DNA from: Anthoceros angustus
Lineage: Eukaryota > Plantae > Anthocerotophyta
Direction of reading: 5' to 3'
Assembly: GCA_010909165.1 (NCBI GenBank)
Contig: MU008153.1
Coordinates: forward strand, 186,001-250,000
DNA length: 64,000 bases
Shown: one piece after another, positions 51,447 to 62,173 of the stretch
Position numbering within the stretch: position 1 is the first letter of the stretch
Layout of the letters: the number at the start of each line of letters is the position of its first letter
Position numbers and translations under genes: made by a program
The notes under the pieces: generated by a model
What the model was told of the DNA's origin: nothing
The model's input: only the letters and a program-made list of their open reading frames with translations
The model's database searches: none

Positions 51447-53433
51447 CTACGAATTTTTGTCGTAACCATCAAATGAACCTCGCTCCTGAAGCAGTTGTTT
51501 GGCCCTCTCCAACACTGCGAAAAAGATGGAGCCTCCAATACCAATCCACATGACTCTCGGGCCAATTCCCTGCACCAAAAAACCCTTGGGCGTTTACAAA
51601 CCAACAACAACGCATACATAGGGTGCAAATGAACCTTAAAACTCCAAATTCACCTTAAGCAAAGCGCCTGCTCCCTCTTCTTTCACTATCTCCGACACGC
51701 AATGCTGAATTCCCCTGTAGTACCCTCGAGATCCCTGTATGAACCATGATCTTGTGATCAGCACCTGGTATGCACAGAGTCACTGAACTCTGACGCAAAG
51801 AACACTATCCGACGCAATCATCTCTCTGACCTGAACCATTAATCGAGTCTTGATAACGTCAAGAGGCGTTGTGACTGCACCGGTAATAGCACCTGCAAGA
51901 CAATAGCACCTCCAATCATTGAAACTAGAAACATACACCTATTCGTCATGAGGCCAGATCTACATACGGCTTCTGCAATGGCTATTAGATTGCAAAACTT
52001 GCTATGTGCACCTGACACAGCTCCAACAACTGCCACTTCTGGATCCCTTAGTTCCCTTTTGACCTGCGTGCCACCATGGTTTTCAAGCCTGATCAAAGTT
52101 CGACAAAAGGAACAGGTGGTCAAAACGTTGTTGGTACTTACCGTTCTTTTCAGTGCTAATTTCATCTGCTCATAAATGCAGAATTGTAAGGCGTCAAATG
52201 GCAAGTCCCTCAACAGAAAGGCTCCAAATCCCTGGAAAGTACAGATCAATGAGCTGAAACCAAAACCATGGCACATGAACCTAGTTTGTCAGGCTTCCAC
52301 AGGTACATACCGCATATAGACCTCGAACTCCCTCCCTTTTAACAATCTGCTGAACTGCTGTAACAGCCGAGTTGAACTGTCCTGTTTGAATTCTTTGCTT
52401 GATGACCTACAGCAGGTAAACTATGGCCAACTTACTGCAGGATTTCGGAGTCTGAATACAAATTAGGACTTCCAGGAAGTGATATCTTACCTCTGTGGGT
52501 ACCCGGACAAGGGAAGCTGCAGCACCACCTGCTGCTCCAGCAGCCTGTTTATGGGCGGATGGATAGCAACAGCTTTAGTAAAAGTCACCCGAAGACTGAA
52601 ATATGAATCTAAGGCAACTCCCCGACCTAAGCTGCTTTTGATACTCAACAATGTGACGGAAACAGCTTGGCGTACCAGATGGGCAACAGGGCTCAGGTGA
52701 TCTGGAAGAATCTCCAAAAATTTGCGCTTCAGAGGCTCGTAAACACCAACAAAAATGGCTGAAGCTCTGTTATCACAGACAGGGCTGGCTGTTAGTCAAT
52801 GCACAGGTTTTCAGAAACTGCAGGCAGACGGAACTTTCACAAGGTTGACATCACTTAGCAGGTTTTGGATGCACTAAGCAACGCTATTTTTCAGCAGCAG
52901 GAATACCAGAGAAATGCACAGAAGCAATCTTTGAAGAGTTACACACGGTAGGACTCCAGCAAGATTGCCTTGAAGACCAGAGTACAATCCCTTGAATTGA
53001 ATTTTTCCTCCAGCTCGAGCCGCCTGCACAACATCAAGTCTTTCCAAATCAACACCCCCTGAAACGGAGAAAGAACCACATTGGGATATCGTCAAAGCTT
53101 CTGTAAAAGGGTGCAGACCTGCAGGCGTGTCTTGATTGTATCAATAGGGTAAAGAGCTGTCTCGACTACTACACCAGCGGTAGCTCCTGCAACCGCTCCT
53201 TCTGTTCCCATACAGTCAAATCTCATGCATCAAATCATACAATAATGCCATCACACATTATCAGTGACACAACAAGAGCTCGACTAGTCCCAGATCACGA
53301 AATGCAAGCTCACCCAAGACAAGCCTGAAGAAGTTCGGGGGCTTCTGCCGTTCTTCAGCAGCAGTCAGTGAAACCAGTTGCACACTGGAAGTCCCTTGCC
53401 GTGTCTTTTTCCGCCGTCTCGTAACGTACCCAT
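51447..53433 (-). CDS. Mitochondrial carrier family protein, S-adenosylmethionine carrier (SAMC1/2-like); possible extra first exon from 53665
   Basis: GGTAGVVVETALYPIDTIKTRLQ; GLYSGLQGNLAGVLP; LLRDLPFDALQFCIYEQ; AITGAVTTPLDVIKTRLM; GIGPRVMWIGIGGSIFFAVLE. Confidence 0.92.
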
Positions 53434-53846
53434 CTCTACCCGCCTAGAAGACCACAAGACCGCAAAAAAATGCATCAGAACAGGGACACGGACACTGACA
53501 GAACCCCGTAAGCTGAACAGCTGAGAACAGAGACTCCGTCGGGCTCACATCACCGGGGGAGCTCAAAACAGCCATGGAATGCGTCTCATGCGTTCCAAAG
53601 TGGAAATCCCCCAACTTCCCGTCTCGGCCACGGGAGTGCGAGATTCTGAGTAATGAAACCGCCATGAACGCTGCACAGCGTACTGTAAAGTGGTAAGCGC
53701 AAAGTGGATCTGGAGCCGAGGCTGCAACTTTCAGCTGCGGGATTCAAGGCACCCCAGCTCTGCGGCTGCAGGCCTGTTCGGTGCGCGGGAACGGCGAAAC
53801 CCGGCGAAACCTCGTCCTGCCAGAAGGACTGCGCCGGAGCTCGGCT

Positions 53847-54246
53847 ATGGCAGCCGATTCCGGAGCGGCTCTCTTGCGCCTGCCGTCGTTCGTCAGCTAC
53901 AAGTCGGCGTCGCCTCCCTCGCCGCTGCGGGTTCTGCTGTGCGGCGCGGCGCTCATTCTGTCAGGAGTTCTGCTCTTCGTGCTCTTCCTGTACGCCGCGG
54001 TCATCTCCAAGCTTTTGCCGCCGTCGGGGATCTCCGTTCTGGACTCCATCCGTACCGACCGGTGCGTTTGCGTTTGCTATCACTCCTCCCAGCTCCTTGC
54101 ACTGCATGTCTTTGTTTGCAGCCCTGACAAGCCCTTGCTTTTCTTGTTGCAGCTACTATTACCTGCTGATTCCCTGTACCCTGCCGGTTCTCATGATGGC
54201 AATCTACTTCCACTGGTTGAGCATGAAGTTCTTCAAACACTCTTAG
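53847..54246 (+). CDS. PIG-Y-like GPI-GlcNAc transferase subunit; exons 53847-54061 and 54153-54246
   Basis: FLYAAVISKLLPPSGISVLDSIRTD|RYYYLLIPCTLPVLMMAIYFHWLSMKFFKHS matches the plant PIG-Y family pattern as I recall it; the GT-AG intron keeps the frame. Confidence 0.82.
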
Positions 54247-54730
54247 CTGGTGTGTGAAACAGTGGTGATTGTTCAAGGCTGGTGGTGCAAAGGAGCAGTC
54301 CATGGTATGAAGCAGCTTTTTGCTCACACCAATCTTCAGACGGCTTCTGCATGAGGAGCATGTTGCTTTAACTAGGCTGCCGAGGTTCTTCATCAGGAGC
54401 CAATGTTTCATCCCTGGAATTGCTCGATTTGGCTCCTGTATTGGTATGTGCTTATCCCTTCTCGGTATTTCAGCATCGATAGATCACCTCTTCTGTTCTT
54501 GACGAAGCGGTGGATTTGTGGAAACACTGTCAGTTTCGGAGTCCGGCCTACAATTCAGAGCACGTAAAGTGCCGAATGGCCATCTAGTGTTTCAGAGTCT
54601 GCGGTGATTCCGACATTAGGAATGACTAGCAAGTAAGTAAGAGTCTTCCTGCTGAGCGTGCGCTCGGCATCTAGAGCAAATTTCCGCTAATCATGTCCTT
54701 GCAAGCTCTTAGCTCCATCGAACTACAACC

Positions 54731-55228
54731 CTAGAACAATTCATCCAGGACGTGTTCACCCATAAATGTCCACCTATAAAGTTCCCCACAAAAGAAAGCC
54801 ACTTGACCTATAGCACCAGTACCTCGGAAACCGGTTAACTTCTTCTTTTTAGTCTTCCATTGCAATGGTGTGAGATCCTCACTGATATATAACTGAGTTG
54901 TCCGAAACAAAGACCTAGCCTTCATAACCTAGAGGCGATCATCCATAGAGTGAAAAGTCATAATCAATATGCGCTCCCTACCAGGATCCTTTCCAAACCC
55001 GAAGGCTCGAGGAACGACGACATCGACCTCTAGCCTATTGAGAAACTCCTTTCCAGCCACAAATGGTGCAACAATGTCATTACCAAGACTAGAAATTCTC
55101 AAGTTCAAAGCACGGCGAGCACGGTCCGCCGTCTCATAAACAACTTCCGATTCTGTGTTGCCACCAAGACAAGAAGGAGCAGGGGGATCATTAATCCCCA
55201 GGAGGTTTTTAAAAGTAAGCTTCTCCAA
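54731..55228 (-). pseudogene. LINE ORF1-like fragment with one in-frame TAG (54931-54929)
   Basis: RRALNLRISSL...RILIMTFHSMDDRL*VMKARSLFRTTQLYISEDLTPLQWK resembles the RRM/C-terminal region of non-LTR ORF1 proteins. Confidence 0.55.
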
Positions 55229-55309
55229 ATATGTAGGTAAAATTTATTCCGTTGAAGTGAAATGATTTTCCAAATTTATGGTTTTCTCTTTTATGGTCCG
55301 TGAAAAAAA

Positions 55310-55842
55310 CTTCATTTTGTAACCCTTGCTCCACCAACCTTCCCGTTATTTACAACAACATTTCATGGCATCGCTCCCTTGTTGTAGATAATGTTGTAAA
55401 ATTTTTTTCTCAAAATTTTTTCTTTATTTCTTCAAAACTCTTTAGTATTATTATTAATGACAAAATAGGACTGGAGGCCATATACAACCATGATAGATGA
55501 CGTGGCTCCCTTGTTGTAGATTAAATTGTAAAACCTTTTTCTCAAAATTTGTTCTTTATTTCTTCAAAAATCTTTATAATATATTATTATGATTATTCAT
55601 AAAATATGATTCGAGGCCATGTACAACAACATTTGATGACATGGCTTCCTTTCTTGTAGATTATGTTGTAAATTCTTTTTCTCAAAAATTTGTTCTTTAT
55701 TTCTTAAGAACTCTTTATTATTATTGATCACAAAAAATATGATTAAAGGTCATTTACAACAGCAAATTAATAACGCGGCTCCCTTATTTTAGATTACGCT
55801 GTAGAATATTTTTCTCAAAATTTGATATTTATTTCTTCAAAC

Positions 55843-55895
<53 letters not shown>

Positions 55896-55990
55896 TATTA
55901 TTATTATTATTATTCTAAAAACTATTATTAAAGTTCATTTTGTAACAGGGATCGATGAGGTGGCTCCCATGTTGTAGATCATGTTGTAAA
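55310..55990. repeat. AT-rich ~135-140-bp tandem array (~4.5 units) containing an expanded (ATT)n microsatellite at 55846-55914
   Basis: Recurring ggctcccttgttgtagat..tgttgtaaa..tttttctcaaaatttgttctttatttcttcaa unit. Confidence 0.85.
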
Positions 55991-56269
55991 GTGTAAGAGA
56001 CATCACAAGTCAAGAAAAGTTGAAAATTTGGTGGGTGGTAGGCGCGGTTGGGGAGGCGGGGGCGGTAGGGGAAAGAGGGGATGTATTTTGGTGGGGGATA
56101 ACTTTAAATGTGATGGGGGTTACTTTGGGATGAATGCGTCCATTCAAAAGTGCGGAGGTGTGCCACTCAGTACCATGCACTCGATTAATCCCAACTTACA
56201 GTGCACGTGCGTTATAAAGCAGACCCACTTTGCAGCATTTTTGCTTAATTTGCAATCTAGTTAAGCTGT

Positions 56270-56567
56270 CAGACTACAACCTCTCACTAATAACCTAGAT
56301 TACAAGGCAACCATATTGTAAATGGCATTGTTACTTAGGTTGCAAATGGCGTTGTAAACCGACTACTCGGATACCTTACTCGTCCGGTTTGCTGACCTGG
56401 CCGTCACGTTAACAACTCGATGATGTGGCGATCTCTCGTGACACGTTAGCAATTTTACAACCTAGTTAAACTGTCAGTCTACAAATGTATAGATGTCCGT
56501 TTTTACAACATGAGCGTATAAATTACGTTGTAAAATGCGTTGTAAAACACCTGCGATTCCTGTAGTG
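56270..56567. mobile_element. Isolated right end of a CACTA element
   Basis: ...cctgcgattcctgtagtg is the reverse complement of CACTACAGGAATCGCAGG and is preceded by TTGTAAA/TTTACAAC subterminal repeats; no matching left TIR found. Confidence 0.65.
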
Positions 56568-57256
56568 ATGCATGTCACATATTGTACATCAAAATGCAGT
56601 AGTTATTATTTTCGTAGAGTAAATGTAAAGGCGATTCCAAACCAACAAAGATGGTGATGGGAGGGGAATCTTCATGCAGTTTGCACACATAGATATGAGT
56701 GAATTCCTTTGACAAAACTTGGGCACTCATGAAGGGAGGTGGCCTACACGTTGCCAGCCAATTACATCGAGCAATTGACAAAGCACGTAAATATTCCAAT
56801 TTGCCAAAGATGGCCTCCTCCCCTTGTCGCACCTTCTATAGTTACCACGAGAGTGAATCGAAAGGGATGCAAAAACCAGGCCTTCTACAGTGCGCTTATT
56901 TGCCCACCACCGGCTTACTCTAGTGCCCATGGTACTGGAACATAAGCCTTCAGAATGGCCACACGCAGAAGGGAAACCAAGTGGCACGTGTGGCCAAACC
57001 GAGCGGTGGCCTAACTCACTAAGGTTCACCTCGGGTTGGAGAGCGCATCTCCAAGAATTTGACATCTTGAAGCTACCTTTTGATTGCAATGGGCAAGACG
57101 TGATTTTGTGCAATGAAGCAATAGAAAGCTCTCAGTCGGGGCGGCATTTTATCAACTTACTGTGTGGCTCAAAAATTCTCTACAAAAACACACTCGCACA
57201 GCTGTGGATTGAAAGACTCAAAATAAGTCAATTTGTCGTTTAGGGGTTAATCACTC

Positions 57257-58640
57257 ATGGTTAGCAAAATCAAATGCCTCTTGCAACTCCTTAATTTCAA
57301 CCTTCAGTGCCTCTTTGCGTTCCTCCTATTCCTTTATTTCCAACTCGCAACATTTCACCACTTCGTCTACCATGTCATGCCGTGTGATACTAATCTCTGC
57401 ACTTGGGTTTAGTGTTTGATTAGCATTAATTAATCTAATTACTTATCTTTAAGTAAGTAATTAGTGTTAATTAATCTAAAGTGCTTATGTTAATTAAGCG
57501 TTGATTAGTGTTCATTAAACATTGTTAGCAATAGCTAAGTGGATAAGCTCAAGTAATATGCTTTGGCATATTCCTTGCATATTATAGTGTATTCTTAGGA
57601 TATTTCCTCGCATACTCGATTGAATAGGATATCTTAGAATATCTGATCTGTGGTCTAAGATATATGACCTTCCATTGAGGACAAGCTCGGATCATAGCTT
57701 GTCCTCTAGATATGCAATGCAAGGGTGTTGTGAGGAGGCCAAAGCTATGACTCAGGAGCGATGTGAGGAATTTGCGTGTTGTTCGTGGAGAGAGTGTGTT
57801 TGTGCCAATGTGCGAGCTACTCCTCCTGTTGTTTATTGGTTTGCACCTATATTCCTGCAGTATTAGATTTGTTTGCTTGGTTGTTGGTCGAAGTGCTTAT
57901 GTTAATTAAGCATTGATTAGTGTTCATTAAACATGGTTAGCAAAATCAAATGCCTCTTGCAACTCCTTAATTTCAACCTTCAGTGCCTCTTTGCGTTCCT
58001 CCTATTCCTTTATTTCCAACTCGCAACATTTCACCACTTCGTCTTCACCTTTTGTGTCCATATCCTGTAATTATGTATTTCATTCTATACCCACCTTGGA
58101 ATTAAATGAGCCACCTCTCCTTAAAAGTCTCTCACCACTAGTGTCATGCCGTGTGATACTAATCTTTGCACTTGGGTTTAGTGTTTGATTAGCATTAATT
58201 AATCCAATTACTTTATCTTTAAGTAAGTAATTAGTATTAATTAATCTAAAGTGCTTATGTTAATTAAGCATTGATTAGTGTTAATTAATCTAAGGTGCTT
58301 ATGTTAATTAAGCATTGATTAGTGTTAATTAAACATGGTTAGCAATAGCTAAGTGGATAAGCTCAAGTAATATGCTTTGGCATATTCCTTGCATATTATA
58401 GTGTGTGGGATATTTTAGGTATCTTTGATGCCAATAGGATATCTTAGGAATATCGATGCCGGTCTAGTATATATAGACCTTCCATTGAGGACAAGCTCGG
58501 ATCATAGCTTGTCCTCTAGATATGCAATGCAAGGGTGTTGTGAGGAGGCCAAAGCTATGACTCAGGAGGCGATGTGTGAGGAATTTGCGTGTTGTTCTGG
58601 GGAGAGTGTGTTTGTGCCACGTGCGAGCTACTCCTCCCGT
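57257..58640. repeat. Diverged ~675-bp tandem duplication within the LTR-like region
   Basis: catggttagcaaaatcaaatgcctcttgcaactcc starts at 57257 and 57932. The block aggacaagctcggatcatagcttgtcctctag occurs at ~57678 and ~58488. The second copy has internal insertions. Confidence 0.9.
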
Positions 58641-58669
58641 TGTTACAAGCTATGATCTCGTGTGTGTGC

Positions 58670-59115
58670 GCTAGGTGCTGGCGATGCTAGGCGATGCTAG
58701 GCGTGCTGGCTAAGGCGATGCTAGGCGGCTAGGCGATGCTAGGGCGCTAGGCGATGCTAGGCGATGCTAGGCGATGCTAGGCGATGCTAGGCGATGCTAG
58801 GCGATGCTAAGGAGCTCTCTTTAAGCAAAGGCAAGGGACTCTCTAAGTGTGCCCAGGCTTGAGGCCTGAGGGACCAAGGCCAAGGAGAGGAGGAGGCGAA
58901 GAAGCCCAAGTCAAGGAGGAGGCGAAGAAGCCCAAGTCAAGGCCAAGGAGGCGAAGAAGCCCAAGGCCAAGGAGGAGGCGAAGAAGCCCAAGTCAAGGCC
59001 AGGAGGAGGCGAAGGCAGAAGGCCAGGAGGAGGCGAAGAAGCCCAAGGCCAGGAGGAGGCGAAGAAGCCCAAGTCCAAGGCCAGGAGGCGAAGAAGCCCA
59101 AGGCCAAGGAGGAAT
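58670..59115. repeat. 10-bp GCGATGCTAG array (58670-58810) followed by a purine-rich GAGGCGAAGAAGCCCAAG array (~58875-59115)
   Basis: Direct inspection of the tandem units. Confidence 0.9.
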
Positions 59116-61896
59116 GAGGCCTCCACAGGGGGTGGCCTTTTAAGGCCAACCAACCAAGGGAGAAACAAGAGTATTTTACTCTTGGGGATTCAAGGGATAA
59201 GGGAAGCGGATAGACATGGGTATGTCAGTCCATTTGATTTCACTTTCTGTCCAAGTCATCAGTCTTGATTGACCCCACTTGTTCTGGAGTTCTTATGCCT
59301 TTGCTATCCAACTCACCCGCTCACATTGACCATAGCCTGCGAGTATTTGTATGCAATTTTAACATGCATAGATACTTAGAGGTTTCACTAATCACGATCT
59401 AAGATAGCGGGGTGTGTTAACCTTGATTAAGGGTTTGATCTAGCCACTAACCGCCTGGAGTGCATGCAGGACACACTCGATCCGGAGCTACCAACCAAGT
59501 CCATCGGGCGAATTCAAGTCCCGACCAAGAAGTGCGAACACCTCGATTTTGGTACCCGAAGGCGGAGGAACCCGACACAATCAACAATCTTTGAAGGATG
59601 CATGGTGGCAACACACAAGACACGTTAGTCTTTGACAACTCTCGGTGAGCGGCAGCGAGGAGGACTTGTCTCTTGGAGTCGTCAAGATGGGAGGAGACAA
59701 GGATCGAATGGAGTTGTTCACAGACGGGCACCTTGCCTGGAGGACTTCATCGAGATGCAGTGCGGTGTGTGCGGAGATGGAATTGAAGACCGGATACGAA
59801 GCGTCGGCTTCATCCAAATGCCAAGTACTTGGGGATGAAGCATTGGCGTGCTATCGCGAGCACAAGGCGAGGTTGTTGGCACATCTGGAGGACCCGGTGA
59901 GTAGCGATTCAAGCTCGAAGGAACCGGTGCAGACGGAGCGGTGGCACCAGTGGGCACGATCCCATCGAAGAGATGTTTGACATCTTCGGAGTTTCCTGCA
60001 AGCACGGATGAGAAGATCTCGGTGACACACTTCAAGATGAAGTCGAGGCGAAGATGGCTTATCGAAGAATCGACCGGTTGATGTGACACCAAGATCATGA
60101 GTGACCATTGGGCTGAGAAGTACTTGCAGGCATTGCCATATGCTGCGCATGAAGGTGCAACAAGCGGTGCCGCACGAAGGGCAACACTACACCCTCAAGG
60201 AAGTGTACGAGATGGTGACAAGATAGGGCCCACACTTTCTCTCGTCTTTTGCAAGTGATTACTCCGGCACAAGTAGGAGTGGTGGGCGACATGATGGCCG
60301 GAGGTCAGTGGAGCTCGGCGAGACAAGCCAGCCCACAGTGTGGCGAGCCCTGCGTGAGGTGCCGAGGGCGGACCATTCCCTCATGAGTGCGAGCATGCAT
60401 TCGGAGGAGTCAAGGGTGAGGCCATGCCCTAGGTGGGAGTATGCAGGCACAATGAAGCGGCATGTTGGGAGAAGCATCCGAATTGCGGCCTACGGGTTAT
60501 CGGCGCAACCCGGCCAATGCATCTCGTCAACCTCATCCACAAAATCGTGAAGAGCAAAGGCGCGTGGAGGAGGCACGGTCCGTGGACAAAAGCGGGAAGC
60601 ATCAAAGAAGGCGATGGGACATCGTGGCACGCCTTGCAAAGCTGGAGAAGTTGGTGCGGGCGAAGATCAAGGAGGCGGTTCATCATCGGAGGCGAAGAAG
60701 ATGAGCACAAGCTTGGATACATGGCGGCGTGACCGGATCAAGGGCAAGGGAAGAAACCTCGGCTACGAGAAGATAGCTCGAGGAAGAAGAGGATGTCTTG
60801 ACACCGGTCACGGAAGACACGGAAGGAAGCTTGGGGATCCTCTTCCGAACCTATGCCAAGATGCCAAAGTCGTTTGAGCCATTGCCAGCAGCAGCGTGGG
60901 AGCAACATCAAAGTCAGTGGGCGATGTGGAGAAACCCATGCAGTTGTGAGGCGATGGCACAAAAGCTTCGGAGATGCCATGACCTACAAGACATGGGGTT
61001 GGCGTGAAGGAAGTCGGGGGTTTGACTCGGCGGATGTTGACAACCCTTGAAGGCGAAGCAAGTGTCGACAATGTGCCACAGGTGGCAATGATGTCATTCT
61101 TGACCTCCAAGCATCTCTGTGGAAGCGGAATCTGCAGTGGGAGTGGCTTTGGTCAACAATCGGAGAGGCACATTGAAATCAATGGATTCGCACCAAGGAG
61201 GTGTTGATTGACAGGAACCGGGGTGATCGTTGGAAGAAGAGTGAAGGCGTTGGGTCTCCACCAAGAAAGGTTGAAGGAAACCAAGTGGAAGATCCGGGTG
61301 GGACCACGGAGCATGTGTTGGGGTGACAAGGTACAAGCTGAAGGTTTCATTCAAACCAAAACGGCAGACTTCACCTTTGTCGAGGTACTTGCTTGGTCAG
61401 ATCACAGACACTTTTGATGTCTTCTTTGGAGGCGGGCTTTGTACAAACACAGGTCATGGTGGATTTGTGGGCGAGAGGCAGTCTACTATCGACCATGGAG
61501 AAGCTGGAGCAAAAGCAGATGAGCGGATTGCCCGCATCCCTCTACGGTGCATGGCAAGGATCATGAGAACCTCATTGCCAGCAGCGTCTACCGGTGTTTG
61601 GCGCCGTAGTGAAGGACACGCCATCGTGCTTGAACCTCTTGGCGTGTGTCTAACAGCCCGGCGATGGAGGATTTCGGCGAGGAGGAGGAAACAAGCTAGG
61701 GTTGCAACCACCCTCGGAGGAGGTTCTTCAAGTCACTCGGACGGGCTGGTATGCAATGAGCCGTGCAAAGTGCAAAGGCATGGAGGATGGTGCAAGAGGA
61801 CCCGGTGTATGAGCCGGAGAACTCATGTAAGTTCTTGCCTAGGGTTGAGCTGTTTGTGACCTAAACACCGGTCATCACATGGCGACCTCGGGAAGC

Positions 61897-62173
61897 GGCA
61901 TAGTGCTCGTGGAACTCTTTGGAGGCATCGATACCGGCTTGGGCAGTGCTAAAGTGTGGCATCAAAGTGCGAAGATCGTGCATTGTGACCCGGATCCAAA
62001 AGCAAGGATTGTGTCACGAGCGTAAGAGACTTGATGGGGAGTACCTAACCTCGGCGTGGGAGTCGGTGAAGGGTTACCGGCTGCCGATGGATGTTCGCAT
62101 GATAGGGTTGTCCCATTTGAGTTGTCTTGGGCAGCCGGTGACCTTGTCATCGCCTGGGAGGAGTCTTCAAGGA
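61897..62173 (+). pseudogene. Frameshifted N-terminal half of a C5 cytosine DNA methyltransferase domain (motifs I-IV) in retrotransposon pol
   Basis: Alternating between two frames gives GIVLVELFGGIDTGL / AVLKCGIKVRR / VHCDPDPKARIVSR / RLPMDVRMIGLSHLSCLGQPV / DLVIAWE / QG. Confidence 0.8.

Larger units (their letters stand above)
57250..62173 (+). mobile_element. Degenerate Ty3/Gypsy LTR retrotransposon with gag, zinc knuckle, aspartic protease and a C5 DNA-methyltransferase domain; truncated on the right by a Copia insertion
   Basis: Repeat-rich LTR-like region ~57250-59540; gag-like LEDFIEMQ/DEALA.YREHKA (~59730-59880); knuckle GHNEAACWEKHP (~60440-60480); protease VLID.G...IVGRRV and TDTFDV (~61200-61425); DNMT motifs at 61897-62173. 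Left boundary approximate; heavily frameshifted. Confidence 0.75.

Noticed and set aside
56727-57243. Short ORFs right of the CACTA end as a gene or transposase
   Set aside because: Fragmented, with no convincing domain signature.
58847-59168. Lys/Glu/Arg-rich ORFs resembling histone H1 or SR proteins
   Set aside because: Translations of a purine-rich tandem array in an LTR-like region, with inconsistent frames.
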